Shown here piece after piece: positions 37,301 to 50,287 of a stretch of 64,000 nucleotides of DNA (position 1 is its first letter; each line of letters starts with the position of its first letter). Under the pieces are notes generated by a model. It searched no databases, was not told the DNA's origin, and worked only from the letters and a program-made list of their open reading frames with translations. Both the position numbers and the translations under genes were made by a program. Source of the DNA: Perkinsus olseni (taxonomy: Eukaryota); NCBI GenBank assembly GCA_013115125.1, contig JABANN010000040.1:1-64000 (forward strand), in the 5' to 3' direction.

Positions 37301-37960
37301 CATGCCATGCTCGACATCATCCTCGTCCGAGCTAAGATACTCGTCATCATCCTCCCCAATGCCACTATCCTCAACCTTCGCTCGCTTTCCTCGAGGGTCT
37401 GCAACACAGCGCCATCACCAATGGTATCTTCCAAGCGTATCCAGAGCAGTACTTTCAACGTCGCTAGCATCTCCCGACTGGAGATGGTCGTTGCCACTAC
37501 TGGCAGTAGTGGTCGTGGAGTTCACGTTTTGTGGCGGCACTACTTCGACGAAGGCCGACAGATGGTTGTGAGAGGACTTGGATCTACAGTGGCGTACCCT
37601 GAGTTAAGTACTATTGTCCAGCACTACTACCCTTGGGGCCAGACGAGTAGCCTGAAGCTGAACCCACGGACGTTCTTCACATCGCTGCGGACGCAAACGC
37701 GGGGCCGAGTATCCCGCCAGAATCTCTTGATGACGAGTTCCACCTGCGACAACACTCATGGTGGGTCACGTCCAACCTATTTCGTATCTTCCCGTGATGA
37801 ACCTAGGATACCCTACCTCGTTCTCTTTAAGAGGGGCGAATCCATTTTGATCAGTCGGTGCTGCTGCTCCTGCCTGCGCACGGGTATTGCCAGCGGAAGT
37901 TCTCGTTGAAGTAACGCTGCCGCCCACCGCGTTGGAGGTAGAAGCAATGACGCCGCTCAT
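28400..37960 (-). CDS. USP7/UBP12-like protein (MATH + USP + UBL repeats) with Cys-to-Asp catalytic substitution and a long C-terminal extension
   Basis: MATH: VRGFSFRLLVWPQG...HLSAFVEV...DTWTFSYVCPDRGW...GYLSSDGTLVIRA. Cys box LSNVLATDHINSLLQSLFYIPAVRK; FINIPPILHLQ; ISEQLDFTPYM; His box YRLHSV...GHYYVLVRQSRRGRWCRIDD; GLCYVRE. UBL: VWVKFVHPK...WEEMN...IIDGDILIF. Linking exons lead into the 820-aa ORF 28957-31419; 3' end approximate. Confidence 0.85.
32624..32770 (-). repeat. CAG/CAA coding microsatellite (interrupted polyQ)
   Basis: Encodes SQQQQQGTAGKQQQQQKQPLQQQQQQPQQQQQQPVAATPAQQKQQQQQ within the USP7-like gene. Confidence 0.9.
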
Positions 37961-38257
37961 TCAAAATACTAAAGTCCATTTGCCGTCCAGTTCACCTTCG
38001 ATGCAGCACCAAGGCAACTTCCCCAAGATACGTCACGATCTCCTACCCACAGCAGATCTCAACAACGACGCACTGCCAAATGCGTTTAGCGCGCGCCCGG
38101 CATTCTGTCCGCGTGTTCAATAGATCTCTCCTGAGTTTCAAGAACGCTCCCAGGATCGTATTTTACACGTTAAATTCAATCCTGGGAGCGCTCCTGAAAC
38201 TCAGGAGAGGTCTATTGAACACCCCCTGTCATTTTTCCGCCTGGTATAGCATCACCA

Positions 38258-40335
38258 ATGGCTCCTTCTTCTTCACTCACCGACCAGCAGCTGATTCGGC
38301 CCCTCGTAGATGAGCTGTATGCCAGGTGAGAGCTGTTTATGTGCAAACTGGCTTGAGACAGTTTCATGGCGCGTGACGGAGAGTTCTGCTCCCATCTTAC
38401 TCGCAGCCCTTCTCATCAAACTCCAATTCATCTGTTTTCACTGTTTTCCGACGGTCTTTGTCGAGCCTATGAAGTTGAGGAGCGAGTTCGCTTCTCTCCT
38501 TTAACTGAAGAAAGGCTACTGGAACCTTCATCGCGGGAGGTCGAGCTGGTATCTTTCAGAGAAAAAGATATTCGCAGGTTCTTCTATGAAATCCAAGCAG
38601 CAGAAGATTCCTATGCCACAGAGACGCGGGCAGCTGCGGACATCCAGCGGATATTCCGCGGGGCCATCTGCCGGTTTCAATACGAGAGGGTAGTAAATGG
38701 TGGAGAGTTCCTCGAGGTGGCAATGAAAGTTCTTCCGCGTGCGCGACTCGGGATCGTATGATACGCTGGCCAGGATACGTTGCTAGGTCCGGCGGGCGGT
38801 GGAGGCGATCCAGCGTGTCTATCGCGGTCATGTCGGGAGGTGCAAAGTGAAGGCACTGAGGGTAGTAAAGGGAGTGACTGATCCTCATTGGTGAGGGCTG
38901 GAATCAGACGAGGGAGCGCGGAGAGCAGCAGCTAGCGTTCTTCAACGCCCAGGCAGAAACAATACAGCGCGTTTTCAAAGGCTTCTGGTCCAGGAGGTAC
39001 CTCCATGACTACTACGCTATGAAAAGGTGGGGGTGTGGTACTCTCTCCCGTGGGGCTCTGGGAGGCAGGGGGACAGTCAGAAGGTTGTGTTCCTAGATAT
39101 CTGTTGGAGGTCGCTGAGAGGGGGGAGCGTTCGCGGAGCTACTTGCAAGAGAGAGCGGACGCCCGTTCGAAGGCTCAGGAAGAGGTACTTATGCACGCAC
39201 ATGGAAGGAGGAATTACTCCGATACAGGAGAACGCGAGAGGCCAAGAATCTGCGATACGGAAGATTCTTTCGGAGTGCGGCCATCTGGTGTCCACCAGCT
39301 CTGTACTGTGATGAGGTGTTGAATCTTTCGCGTCTCTGTGGTCTCCTCAGTGTCCCGGGGTCTACAACCCACCCTATGCTAAGGCCCTGCCGCATGTCTT
39401 GGGGGAGGTAGGGAGACCACAGTCCTCGAAGAATGGAGGATGTCGTCTTAGCCGGTGGAAACGCAAATTAGGAAGTATGCTAAACCTAAAGTGGTCAAGA
39501 GCATTCGAAGGCCTAAGCCTTTCGAAAAATCGCCTCAGCGGCGTGCTAAAGTATGTGCTCCTACTCTCATTCTAATCAGTGGAACATCTAGGTTACACCG
39601 AAGCGGCCAGTAGCGGAGGACCTGGCAGGGGACCCAGCCACGGACTTGGTAGGCTTCGTAGAGGGTCTCCAGTGGTACCCTCTACCGTCAGGCGTATCAG
39701 AAGTTTTTGCTGTCCACCGTGACAGCCAATGTAGGGCGGCAGCAGCCCATCCAGGGCCCATTCAGATCGAAGGAGCAGGTAGTGGACTACCGCCCCCCCG
39801 GCAGCGAAAGGTCCCTGCGCAGATCGCCCTCTCCAATACACGGGCAGAGAACAACTTCAGCTCACTGAGCAGCTCCGTGTGCTACGATAAAGTGGAGAAG
39901 GAGATCCGAATGCAGAACAAAATATCGAAGCTCACGCGCAAGGGACCGGGGTTCCGAGTAGGGATCGCTCCTGGGAGGTCTTCGCTCCACTGCCTCGAGC
40001 AGGTTATGAAACCTCACGTGTTGCGGTATGGCCCAACGGTCCAGTCGGACAGCCTTTACTCGGCCCCAGTGAGCGCACCTGGCCTCATCGGCATGCGTCT
40101 GCTTCTCCCTCCAGGCTGAGTTCCGAAGCGACTACACGGAGCTGCCGAGGCTACCGGGGAAGACCAAGTTTTATACGGCACTTGAGTCCGGCAAGAGCTT
40201 TCAGGTCGTACTGTCGAACCGCCTTAGTACGTCCATTCAGGGTGGTTGTATTATCAGGATTATACCACTGAGTTCGATTCGCAGAAGGGGGCCTCCTCCG
40301 TCCCCGTACTGCCTCGACTGGACCCTTCGAAGTGA
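38258..40335 (+). CDS. IQ-motif protein, SPATA17-like
   Basis: IQ motifs AAADIQRIFRG, AVEAIQRVYRGHVGR, AETIQRVFKGFWSRRYLHDYY; then HLVSTSS|VPGVYNPPY and QGPFRS, resembling SPATA17 conserved blocks. Confidence 0.7.
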
Positions 40336-40465
40336 CAGCATGGATGCCATGATCGTACTATTGGAGTACCGATTGCAATCTGATGGCCTTCGATGGCTGT
40401 TGCGTTCTGCAGTACTCAACAGGGATTGATTCCCTCGCAGTGGTTGTGCTGCTGCTTCTCTGTCC

Positions 40466-43116
40466 ATGTCCTCCCGGGCCAGCACGACGGCCAGCAACGG
40501 CTCCTCCACCAGTGGCCGGACGGGGGAGAAGAGCGCCTCGACGCATCGAAGTCGGCATCAAATCCGGGAACGGAACAGGTGGGTATGGGGGCTAGCCAGT
40601 CGGCTGTCATCGACGTGTTTGCAGGGAGGTCGCTGCCCGGGCCAATGCCGAGCTGCGTAATGAGAAGCTGAAGACCTTGGACAAGGACGCCCTGAATAAG
40701 CTGGGCATCCTTCGAAACGCCAATATGATACAGGCGGTAGGGCTTCTGCTGAGTGGAGCTGCTGTTTGTCTTGGACTCCGTTCCGCCTCTCCTTAGACAC
40801 TGGCAGTCGACTACCAGTTCCACGTTGATACCCCCGTGCCTGATACGGGCTTCAAAGTCGCTCCGATGGAGGTGAGTACCAGGCCGGATGACAGGCCGTT
40901 AACGGCGTCGGGTTGGACAGAGTCGCGCTGTTGTCATGGCGGGTCATCGTCCCTTTCATCCCAGGTCTCTACTGAGGAGCTATCGAAGTTCCGTTACACC
41001 TTCCGAGCCCTAGGCCCGGTATCATCCATAGTGGATGAGGCTAGGCTGGGCTTTGTTGACCTCATCGACCCTACCATGTGGGTCTTCCCCTCACTGTCAA
41101 CCTCGAGGGACTTCAGTGGATCAGGTATGCTGCGTGCAAGCCGCTGTCGGGGTCAGACCGGGCCAAGTTGGACCCTGAGGACCTTGCCTTGCTCTCCTCC
41201 AAGCCACCTGAGAGCACCTCCTCCAACGCCCTGGTCACGAGTGCTGCAGGTTGGGCGGAAGGAGTGGTACCAGTCTACGCGTGCACAGCTGTTTTTAGAT
41301 ATACCGACTGTCGATCTGACTGCTGGGAAGGCATCTGAGGTCGAAGCCAAGCCCCAGGAGACAAGCCCAGGTTCGGCGTCCTTCCCGGGCCTCCTTTCTT
41401 CGATCAACTCTGCTCAGCTGCGAGCGCCGTTTACACCGCCCACTTCCTGAGGCGGCCCAAGATCATGGCCAATGATATCTTCCTTGATACCGACAATAGG
41501 GTAACGGAGGTCTTGAAGAAGCAGAAGCAGCAGAAGAAGAAAGCAGAGAAATTGGATGGTAGTGGAGTGGCGGCTGCTGTTGTGGATCGTACATCGGCTT
41601 CAAGTGCTACGCGGAATCTATCGGAGCGGTTCAATGACTGAGGTAGTTGCTTGCTCGTTATTAGTACCGACGGAGCGAGAGGTGGTCGATGTTGCGGAGA
41701 AGTCCTTCGAGGAGGCTAAGGAGGTGGACGCTGAGGTGAGCTCTTGCCGGCGGCGACACTGCTGCCTGCCATCGCGAGTCCCCGGTAGTTCGCCAAGACC
41801 CGACTGCTGTATCACCCCACGTTCAAGCGGAAGAAGCACGTCAAGCGGGTGCTGCCACTCTTGCCCAATGTGGACCTTTATCTTGGCCATGACTACATAC
41901 AGGTGAGCCGTCCTCCTCGGCCAAGTGAGGCGGTCTGGAGGCCCCCCTCTGTTGGGTAGGTTAAATTCGACGAGCCCCCAGAGAACCTCATGCCGGGTCA
42001 TGCTACTAAGCATCGGAAGAGAGCAAGCAGCGGCACGGGGGCGCCCTCGAGTGCAGTGGCGCCGCCCTGGGCAGGTGGAGTCCTGCGGAGAGAGGGGAGT
42101 AGGGATAGCGACTCTGAGGATGAGGATGTCGAGTTTGGCTGTAGGTGGGGGAGGCACTCGTACGATTTAGCGAATGGATGGTATCGGCTTCGTGCGCGTA
42201 TGCCCACGGTTAACCTAGGTCCCCAATTCGGATACTACCAGAAACCGGAAGCTGAGGATAATACTGATACCGCAACAGACGCTCTTCTTGACAAAGTGGG
42301 TGTACCCCCTACAGTCGGTATCGTCCGTGAGCCTCTCGTATCAGGGCCGATCATTCGTGTGGTCCAATGAAGGTCAGATTAGACAGAAGGAAGATGAGGA
42401 GACTGAGGTGGGCGGCATCTAAACTCGGAGGAGGGGGACGATGGCCGGGCGATAGTGGTACAATCGGTGTTTCGATAGTTCCTATTCCACGTCCCCTCGG
42501 GTAAGGACAAGCCCGCCGTGTACGGTCCGATCGGTCCGAAGATGCTCCTGAGGAAGAAGCAGAGTGCTGGCTTTGGCGGCGCGAGTGGGAGGTAGGATGA
42601 GCGTCTCTCCGCGTTGGCGGCTTACAAGGTGGTGCTCTCAGGAAGAAGCTGTCCAAGGTGCGGGTGGAGTCCCTGCCCAGCCGGTCAACGGACTCGACTG
42701 CTTCTTGCGCTAAGGATTTGAGTACTTGGTTCCAACGCCCTATCACCGTTGAGGAAACGCAAGTGAGCAAGTGAAGACGAGGTATTAAGATCAATATATA
42801 ACCTTAGGCTTTCGTTTCGACCTCGAAAGGCTCCGTCGAGGAAGGAGAGGCTGGAGCTACGGAGGGTGCCAGCAAGAAGAGGAAGGCCGACGATGTACGA
42901 GCATCAACCTCGGATACGTTTTGAAGTCGACTGGCGTTGTTGTTCCAGAGTTCCCCTGCTGATAAGAAGCGACGGAAAGGAGATGCCGAGGAGGATGAAG
43001 ACAGCTCCTCGGCGGACTCCGACTCCGAAAGCAGCTCGAGTGGTAGCGGTAGTAGTGGCAGCGACGATGATGATGATAGCAGCAGCAGCGGGGAGGAAGG
43101 CTCCGATAGCGACTAA
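40466..43116 (+). CDS. PAF1: RNA polymerase II-associated factor 1
   Basis: DYQFHVDTPVPDTGFK...FVDLIDP...KLDPEDLALL...FLRRPKIM...VAEKSFEEAK...YHPTFKRKKHVKRVLPLLPN...YIQ|VKFDEPP; acidic Ser/Asp-rich tail ending EEGSDSD*. Confidence 0.8.
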
Positions 43117-43202
43117 CTGTATTTTTGCTTCCGCCAAGGCTGGCCTGTTGCTTTTCGCGTGGGGCCAGTTCCACGGGGGAGTCCTCAGTAGTTGTCGGTC
43201 GC

Positions 43203-46200
43203 ATGTCCTCCACCGATGCTGTATCGGTGGCCGTGGCTCCTGATGATAGATTGAAGATCAGCACTACGGACACAGGAGAGGAGCCCAGCCCACCGCCCAC
43301 CAAACGGGTCAGGGTGTCTGCCGAGGAGGAGTCAGGGAAAACGGTAGTAGCTGAGAATGACAGAGGCAGCTGTAGCATGGCTGTGGATCTAGGCTGAGAG
43401 CCCTGTGGCTCCAACGCGACCGTCATCGCCGGTGACCGCACCCGAAGATTCGCCTATCAAGTTCGGTTCGGCACTTCCCGACGGGACCCCGGTTTACGTG
43501 GAGGCTGGAGAGGGATGGTGGATGTGCGTGGTGCCTGGGAAGGACCATTGGACGTAGTGATGCAGCAGCTGCCGCCGCCTCGGAACATGCGAACCGCGCA
43601 GGTTCAATCCCAGCCTAGGGTCATATTTCAACGCCCAGACGCAGGCGCTGACCACGGAGTCAGTAGAATTAGCCTTACCTAATGAAGCTGTCGAGATGTC
43701 TCTTGCACAGTCGCCAGAGGAGGGGGGATCCCTAAAGGGCCGAATTAAATTGTGAGTATCGTTGATTCTGTCGGCCAGGGCGGCCGGGCAAAGCCATTTT
43801 ATGACCTTTCATCCGAACTCTGATCATCGTAGTAGTGATAGTAGGACATAAAGCTTCCGCAATCGGAATCAGATCAGGGCAAGATTGTAGCCTGTCAATG
43901 ATAGGGTAGTCGAAGCTCCGCTCCGCGAGGGAATCTCACCGCGTAGAGTGTCTTCAAGTATGGCTGTGCTCAGTTACTCGCCTCAGCGTCACTTCGGTTA
44001 CATTACAGTAGAGGGGTTGCTGGCTGAGGGAGGAGACGAGGATGATGACGACACATCGGCCAGTCAGGACGACCTCTATTTCAATAGACGCAACCTGCTA
44101 GATTCCACTGAGATGTACTGCGCTTGGGAAGGCCTTCTCGAGCTTGTAGTGATCGCCGATGCTCTCAGAGGGAAGCTGGATTCAGGGATACCAGTCACCT
44201 TCGACATAGCCGAGGACAATGGCCAGTATAGTGCGGTGAACGTGAAGGTATTGCTGGCGGGCGTCGTCTGTAGTAGTCCCCTGAGCTTGGTTGCTGTTAC
44301 TCTAATTGGTCGCCGTCGCTGAGGCAACAAGGTGGTCGTCGTTGCGATAGGTACGTCCTGAGGGAGACACCGGCGAGTCTCCTGGGGCCAAGTCCCTGAC
44401 TACCACTACTGGTGGAGACAGCAGTGCCGAGGCCGCCAAAGGGGAAGAGCCGGATGATGATGAAGAAGATGGAGATGAAGATGATATCGAGATCGACGTA
44501 TGGCAGAATATCCAGGCCCACTACGGTCAGCGACCAAACCCTCAGAAAGGTAGGCCCGTGTCTTTGGCGCAGTCCGAAGATTCATAACCTTGTCTGCCAT
44601 CAACCCTGGGAGGTCTAAGCGTATTTGAGCTCAGCTCAGTGACCGTCTGATAAGCGATACCGATTCGTACCGTTTTCTCAGGCGTAGCATTGTGTGAGGA
44701 CCGGTACTTGGAGAAGAAGCGCCTGCCTGTGGCTTCCCTGCTACCGGAGGGAGCTGATGTACGTGAGCTGAGTATTATCTCTTCCCTGCCGTGATGATTC
44801 CCTCACCAGGAGACCTATGCCTGCGGTATCATTGGTGGGGTCCTCGACGGTCATGGTGGCCAGTGCTGTGTCGAGTAGTAGCAGCTGAGGGCCTTGTGAA
44901 GCTTGCCTCTACTGGGGACCCCTCAGATACGTGTCACAGCACCTGTTCCGAAATATCGCGGCACAGCTGCAGAACACGGCCCGACAGCGGAAGAAGGGCG
45001 GAATGAATGAAGTCCAGAAGTTGGAGAAGTTCATGGTGGGCTGGAGAGGGGAGGGAGATATCGATTAGTATCTTCACCTCAGAGGAAAGGATTCCAGGTC
45101 ACCGAGCACAACTTCATGAGTATCTTCGGGAGGAAACGGAAAGATACCAGTGGATGTAGTGCCCACCTCTGAGGTCGTTGAGTGGACTTGCCCCTCCCCA
45201 GGCACTGCTTGCGTGGTCGTCTTCTATGGCCCGAATCTTGATGGAGAACTCAATCTCGTCACAGCCCATTTAGGAGACACTAGAGCGGTAAGGGGCGGTA
45301 CCGCCGTTTTTTGAAGCTTCGATTGGAGTGCACTCTCGTGTTTTGGTACAGGTTCTATGCCGTAACGGTCGAGCGGTCCAACTGACGGAGGACCACAAGC
45401 CGGACAATGAGGAGGAGCGAAGGCGGATTGAGGCTCTACCGAAGGGTGAGGGGGGCTGCACGGGCGAGGGAGATCTTTGAAGTGTTTATCGGATGGTAGG
45501 GAGAGTATGCCAAGTCCAAGGCATATGGCGAGTTGTGAAGCAGGACCTTCGAGGTCTCCAGGGGCTAGCAGTGTCGAGGGCGTTTGGTGACCATCAAATG
45601 AAGGAACCAGAACCGTAGGGCTGGTCGAGCGTGTAGATGCCTTGCTGCAACGCGGATACACTTGGCGGGAAGAATTGGGGAAGATGTGGTATGGCGTTTC
45701 GGCTTTTCCGCAGTTACGTCAGCGCGGATCCAGAAATCGTGGCGACACCGATAGACTTCGACCAGGATGAGTTCGTAGTGATAGCAACGGATGGTATCTG
45801 GGACAAGATAGACAATCAGGAGGTAGTCTGCTTGGCTGGGACGAGGACGGCTGACGGGACTGCTGCTGCTGCTGCTAGGCTATAAGCTACCTTCGGAAGT
45901 ATCGTGCCTTGGGCAAGCTGGATGAGGGCATCAATGACCTTTTGGAGATCGCAGAGAAGGTAACTGCGCGGAGGGCCACTGTGGAAGGGAGCTGCTGTGT
46001 TGTCAGCGGGGCAGCGAGGACGACAAGACCGTGATGGTCTTCTCCATGGACTGGCGACCATCGCCGGAGCCACCAGAGGAGGAGTCTGAGGTGGATACTG
46101 AAGAAGACATGGAGCTGCCACCGATGACGCAGGATGCCATACCGGCCATGACGCCTGATGATGACGTCACTCCCGATGCTGATGTAAGTCCTCTCGCCTT

Positions 46201-46300
46201 GACCGCGATCGCGTTCATCGGCTCTTCGCAGTCGCTGCCTATGGAGACTCCGTCTAACGCCGGAATACTCGACGACGATATAGATGATATGTTCGCCTAA
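43203..46300 (+). CDS. PP2C (PPM) protein phosphatase with an N-terminal cold-shock (OB-fold) domain
   Basis: CSD: LKGRIKF|YSPQRHFGYI...DLYFN...VTFDIAEDNGQYSAVNVK. PP2C: CEDRY, VLDGHGG, TAHLGDTRA|VLCR, LTEDHKP, LAVSRAFGD, VIATDGIWD, GSEDDKTV. Confidence 0.88.
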
Positions 46301-46440
46301 CGTAAAATGCACGAAACCCTGCCGGTCCCCCCTGCACTGCGGGGTGGGGCGGATGTGTACCGTTTCTCCGTCGAGAGCCGTCTTGGGTTGTGGCAGTGGG
46401 GCTTGGGGGCCACCAAGTTGAGCGGCAGAATCCTGCTTGT

Positions 46441-48171
46441 ATGACTGGCCCCTCGCCGAAGAGAGCGAAGGCAGGCCCTCGGGCGACTGACTCCGAGACG
46501 CCAGGCGTCCAGGGGTCCACGAAGGTGCTGGGAGTGCGGCATCCCTGTCTTGACTCTCTGTTGGACTGGAGCGCTATGATGAGATCGGCTCATCGCTGTA
46601 TCGCTCGGGAGAAGCGCCTCTCGACGTGGGCCAGCGACCCGAAGAATGTGTCTGAAGTGGGGAGGCCACAGCGCGGCAAGGAGGTGTTTTGGAGGGGCGA
46701 ATCCAGAGTGGTAACAGCACTTGGACTTGAGCTGGTGGGTGGGCGGACACGAGCTGTGGAACGCTGGTCAATCGGTGGCTGTAGGTCCGCGGTGCAGTCG
46801 CCCCCGATGACCTCTCCTCCGTATCGTTTCTGGTGAGCTCCCAAGTGGCAGTTGAGAGGGTTGATGGCGCTGGACTGGGCTTGGTGGCCAAGGAAGATTT
46901 GACTGCTGGTAGGGGGTTTTCCCATATGAAGCGTGCCGTACCATGATTTTCAGGCGAGCTTGTTTTGGTGGACCGGCCCGTGGTCTCTGTGATGGACCAG
47001 AAGTTACTTTCCGAGGATATCAGCGATACAGAGGCCGTGGCCGCTGCTTTGATGGCGTGAGTGCTCCTTCCAGATCCCTTCATGACAATCACTCCCGAAA
47101 GTTCAGGAAGTATCCGACCCTGGACGCCCTCCCTCCTGAGATTCGGAACCTCCATCCCCTCCGAGATTTGCAGGATGATTCCAAGTGGCAGAGGGCGGTG
47201 ACCGAAGCGGCCCGACTGAACTCTATGGGCTTCTACACCTTCCCGGAGCTGGTAGGAAGGCGCAGCTCCACTGACCAACCTTGGGGATGCTTCAGGCGAA
47301 CTCCTATGAAGACCGTAACCGTTATCTGACAGGAACGGCTGTCTACCCTGTGGCCTCCATGTTCAACCACTCGTGCAGCCCCAACGTCTCCCGAGCCTCC
47401 CTCGGGGACCTCACTTGGTTCCGAACGTCCACCGATGTCAAGAAAGGTCAACAGCTGACCATCTCGTAGGTGGGGATTAGCCTGTCCCTTGTGACCGACT
47501 ACGATCAGGTACATCGGTACGGACCTCCTCTGCGAACCCAAAGCCGTTCGGCAGAAGCACCTAGCGAGGGACTTCTGCTGCAGTTGTCCTGTTTGTTCCG
47601 AGGAGGGTGATGATCGAACTGAGATCATACCCTTCACGTTGCAAGACCGTTTGGAGTTGAAGATGCTGAACCCTTCAGAGCGCTTGCAGAAGACTGCTGA
47701 GCTCCTGGGTGAGGGCAGTGAGCTGCTCCCGAATAACGTCATATCGTCGTATGCTCAGAGTCCCAGAGTGGAGACCGGCGGTTCCTGGCGAAGGAGTGCA
47801 CTAACATAATGGCGGAGCGATGCCGGGCCCTACTCGAGATTGGGCAGTTCCCGGCCGCCGCTGAGCAGTGGGGCGGCGTTCTAAGCTTCTGCCAGAGCCA
47901 TCTGCCTCCTAGCGACCCCTACCTGGCTGAGGTGGCCATGAACTACGTATTTGCTCAAGTCCTTGCCATCGCTACTGCTGATGACCAACATGACTCGCCA
48001 GAGGTTAACTGCCCCGTTGATATTCGAAGATGCCTCGAGTTGGCCTTTGGGCTCTTCAGTGCCATCAAACCGTTCGTTGTCGATGAGATAGAGGCAATAG
48101 TTTCACCAGTGGTTGGCGATGATAATGTTGGTGATTGGGTGCAGCAAATGCTGAGCATAATCGATTCTTAG
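46441..48171 (+). CDS. SET-domain lysine methyltransferase, SMYD-like
   Basis: GLGLVAKEDLTA|GELVLVDRP...AVYPVASMFNHSCSPN...DVKKGQQLTIS|YI...post-SET DFCCSCPVC; helical C-terminus. Start uncertain. Confidence 0.85.
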
Positions 48172-48199
48172 TGTCACGCCAACCTTGTGTTCGTCAGCC

Positions 48200-50103
48200 T
48201 AGGCTTGGACCGTATCGGAAGGAGTTAGTTGTGTAACCGTCAGTACGCGATGAGAAGGGATTGCGTGCACTCCACTGCATGTCAACGCTACAGGCTGTCC
48301 CTGACTGAGCACATCGGCTAGAGTCTAACTGAGCCAAAGCCGGCGTTGGACTATAAACTCACTCACTCCATCAATACGCGATGAGAAGGGACTGCGTAAA
48401 ATGTATCGGCTGATGGCCACAGCTTCTAAATTCCAGCGGATAGCCGTGTAGTCGTATCCCCCAGGATTATCTGACTTTATTGAACTAGAAAAAACAGGTC
48501 TTGGAAGACCCAGCAGACTCCGTAAAAATCACTTGGCGACAGTCACGCATTACAACACGAAGACCACTATAGTAAAATAGACTGTCTTGAAGACACCTTG
48601 CCACTGCTTGCTTGGCGAGGCACAAACTGGAGGTGGAACTCATCAAGTATTGCGAAAGCCGGAGGAATAAGTCTTCCGCGTAGACTAACGGTTGTCGGAC
48701 TCTGCTAGGCGACCACGATTTCGTGCTCTCTGAAGAAAACAAGAAGTTCACAGTTCATCTCCTATCAACGACAAATTCCGTGACAGAAAGAACTGCGCCA
48801 TAGGCCCGAAGTGGCGACGCCTTACGAAGGAAGTGGTGGTCATCGATTCTGCAGCCATCGCAGTGTAGTGCTGGGGACCTGCCAGCGGGGGTTGAGGCCC
48901 ATCAGATATTCCCAACGGCGGTACCCTTAGGGTTTATCCGCGGGAGGATTCCTGCGGCCGCGTACTTGTCGAGATTCGGAGACTGCACAATCGCCTCTGC
49001 CTGAAGCATGATCCTCGACTGAGTCCAGCGAGCTGGGGTCCCTACTTTCGCTTGCCTTCGTGCACGCTCCTCGGCTACGGTCGAGAGGAAGGCCTCGGTG
49101 CTCGGCCCCGGAGGCGGCGCGTCATCATATAAATGATGATGGTGGTGTATGTGGACATGGTCAATGACGATGACCTGAGCATGAAACCTGCCTCGCTATA
49201 GAAAGTTGATGTATTCACCTCCTTAGGCCTTCGCAAGGCGTTGGGACGTTCGCCTGCTTGGGGACGATCGGATCCTCCTTGGAGGACTTGCTCGGTCGTC
49301 GCCTTTGAAAGTACTTTCGGGCGACTTCTCCTTCGATTCCTCGGCTGCCACGCGGAAGACTTATAACCTCGTTCGGTGACCTAACTCCGGAAAGCCCGTG
49401 GGTATCCGTGATGAACAAGGCCAATCTCACCTGTATTTGACCGACTTGGCCGGACACGTTGTCAGGAGCCTCACCACTCAACGTTCTACTGCTCTCTCGC
49501 AGCACGGAGTAAACTGATGTCACGGAATCTGCGTATTGCGAGCCTGGCCATGCTGGCGTTGGCAAAGCCGTTCGTCTTTCCTGAAATGCAGCAGTGTGGT
49601 CACATCTGCCTGCTGTCAACTGCCATACCGCATCCGAGACAATCGTCGTCTCCGACCCTCGACTTGACAGCTCGCCGTTGTGCTGGTCTGAAAGAAGTCC
49701 TGTGCCAACGAACCTTCTCGAGTGGCCATACCTTGTGAAGCAGCAGAGTGAGGAACTTGGTCGGCTACGGCTGAGGGGACCTGAAAACACAACCGCTCCA
49801 CCGTCAGGCGACAGACAGAGCAGTACCGTCTCCGCAATCGTTCCATGAGCCTCTTGCTCTGGGGAGTCCCCACTCGAGATCGAGCACAACTCGCTGTCAC
49901 CATCAGTATCCAGAGATAGCGCCAAGATAGAACTAATCGTCTCCTCGGCCACCAGCCTCGTCTGGGACTCCTACGCGACCGGCCGGTGCGATGAGCGTGA
50001 ACTCGACCCGCATACACCCACCCCTCCTTCTGAGGTCAGCAAAGCTCCCTCTAACACCTCCGAGAGCGAATGTGAAGTGGACATGCGTAGGCCGACCCAG
50101 CAT
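48200..50103 (-). CDS. Hypothetical protein (multi-exon)
   Basis: ORF 49215-49952 plus exons such as VIVIDHVHIHHHHLYDDAPPPGP; ends uncertain. Confidence 0.4.
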
Positions 50104-50287
50104 GTAGTGGAACTGGTAGAGGATGTCCGCGATAGGGCTCAGCCGGCACTCACCAGGTTGCGTAGTAGCAAACTCAAAAGAAGATGAGTAAAAAAGCACA
50201 ACAGATTATTATCATCACTGTTTATAGACGACTTCATGAGCATACTCAAAGGCACACTATCATTATGTACAGCAAATAGTAATACAC

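Noticed and set aside
40416-40823. Minus-strand ORF sharing Y.IGVSK with a peptide near 21290
   Set aside because: It is the antisense shadow of Paf1 exons, so the similarity is coincidental.
48244-48475. Pair of C/D-box snoRNA candidates (CGATGA ... CTGA)
   Set aside because: The C boxes are non-canonical, no terminal stems or exact rRNA-complementary guide could be confirmed, and a local duplication plus a minus-strand intron explains the region.
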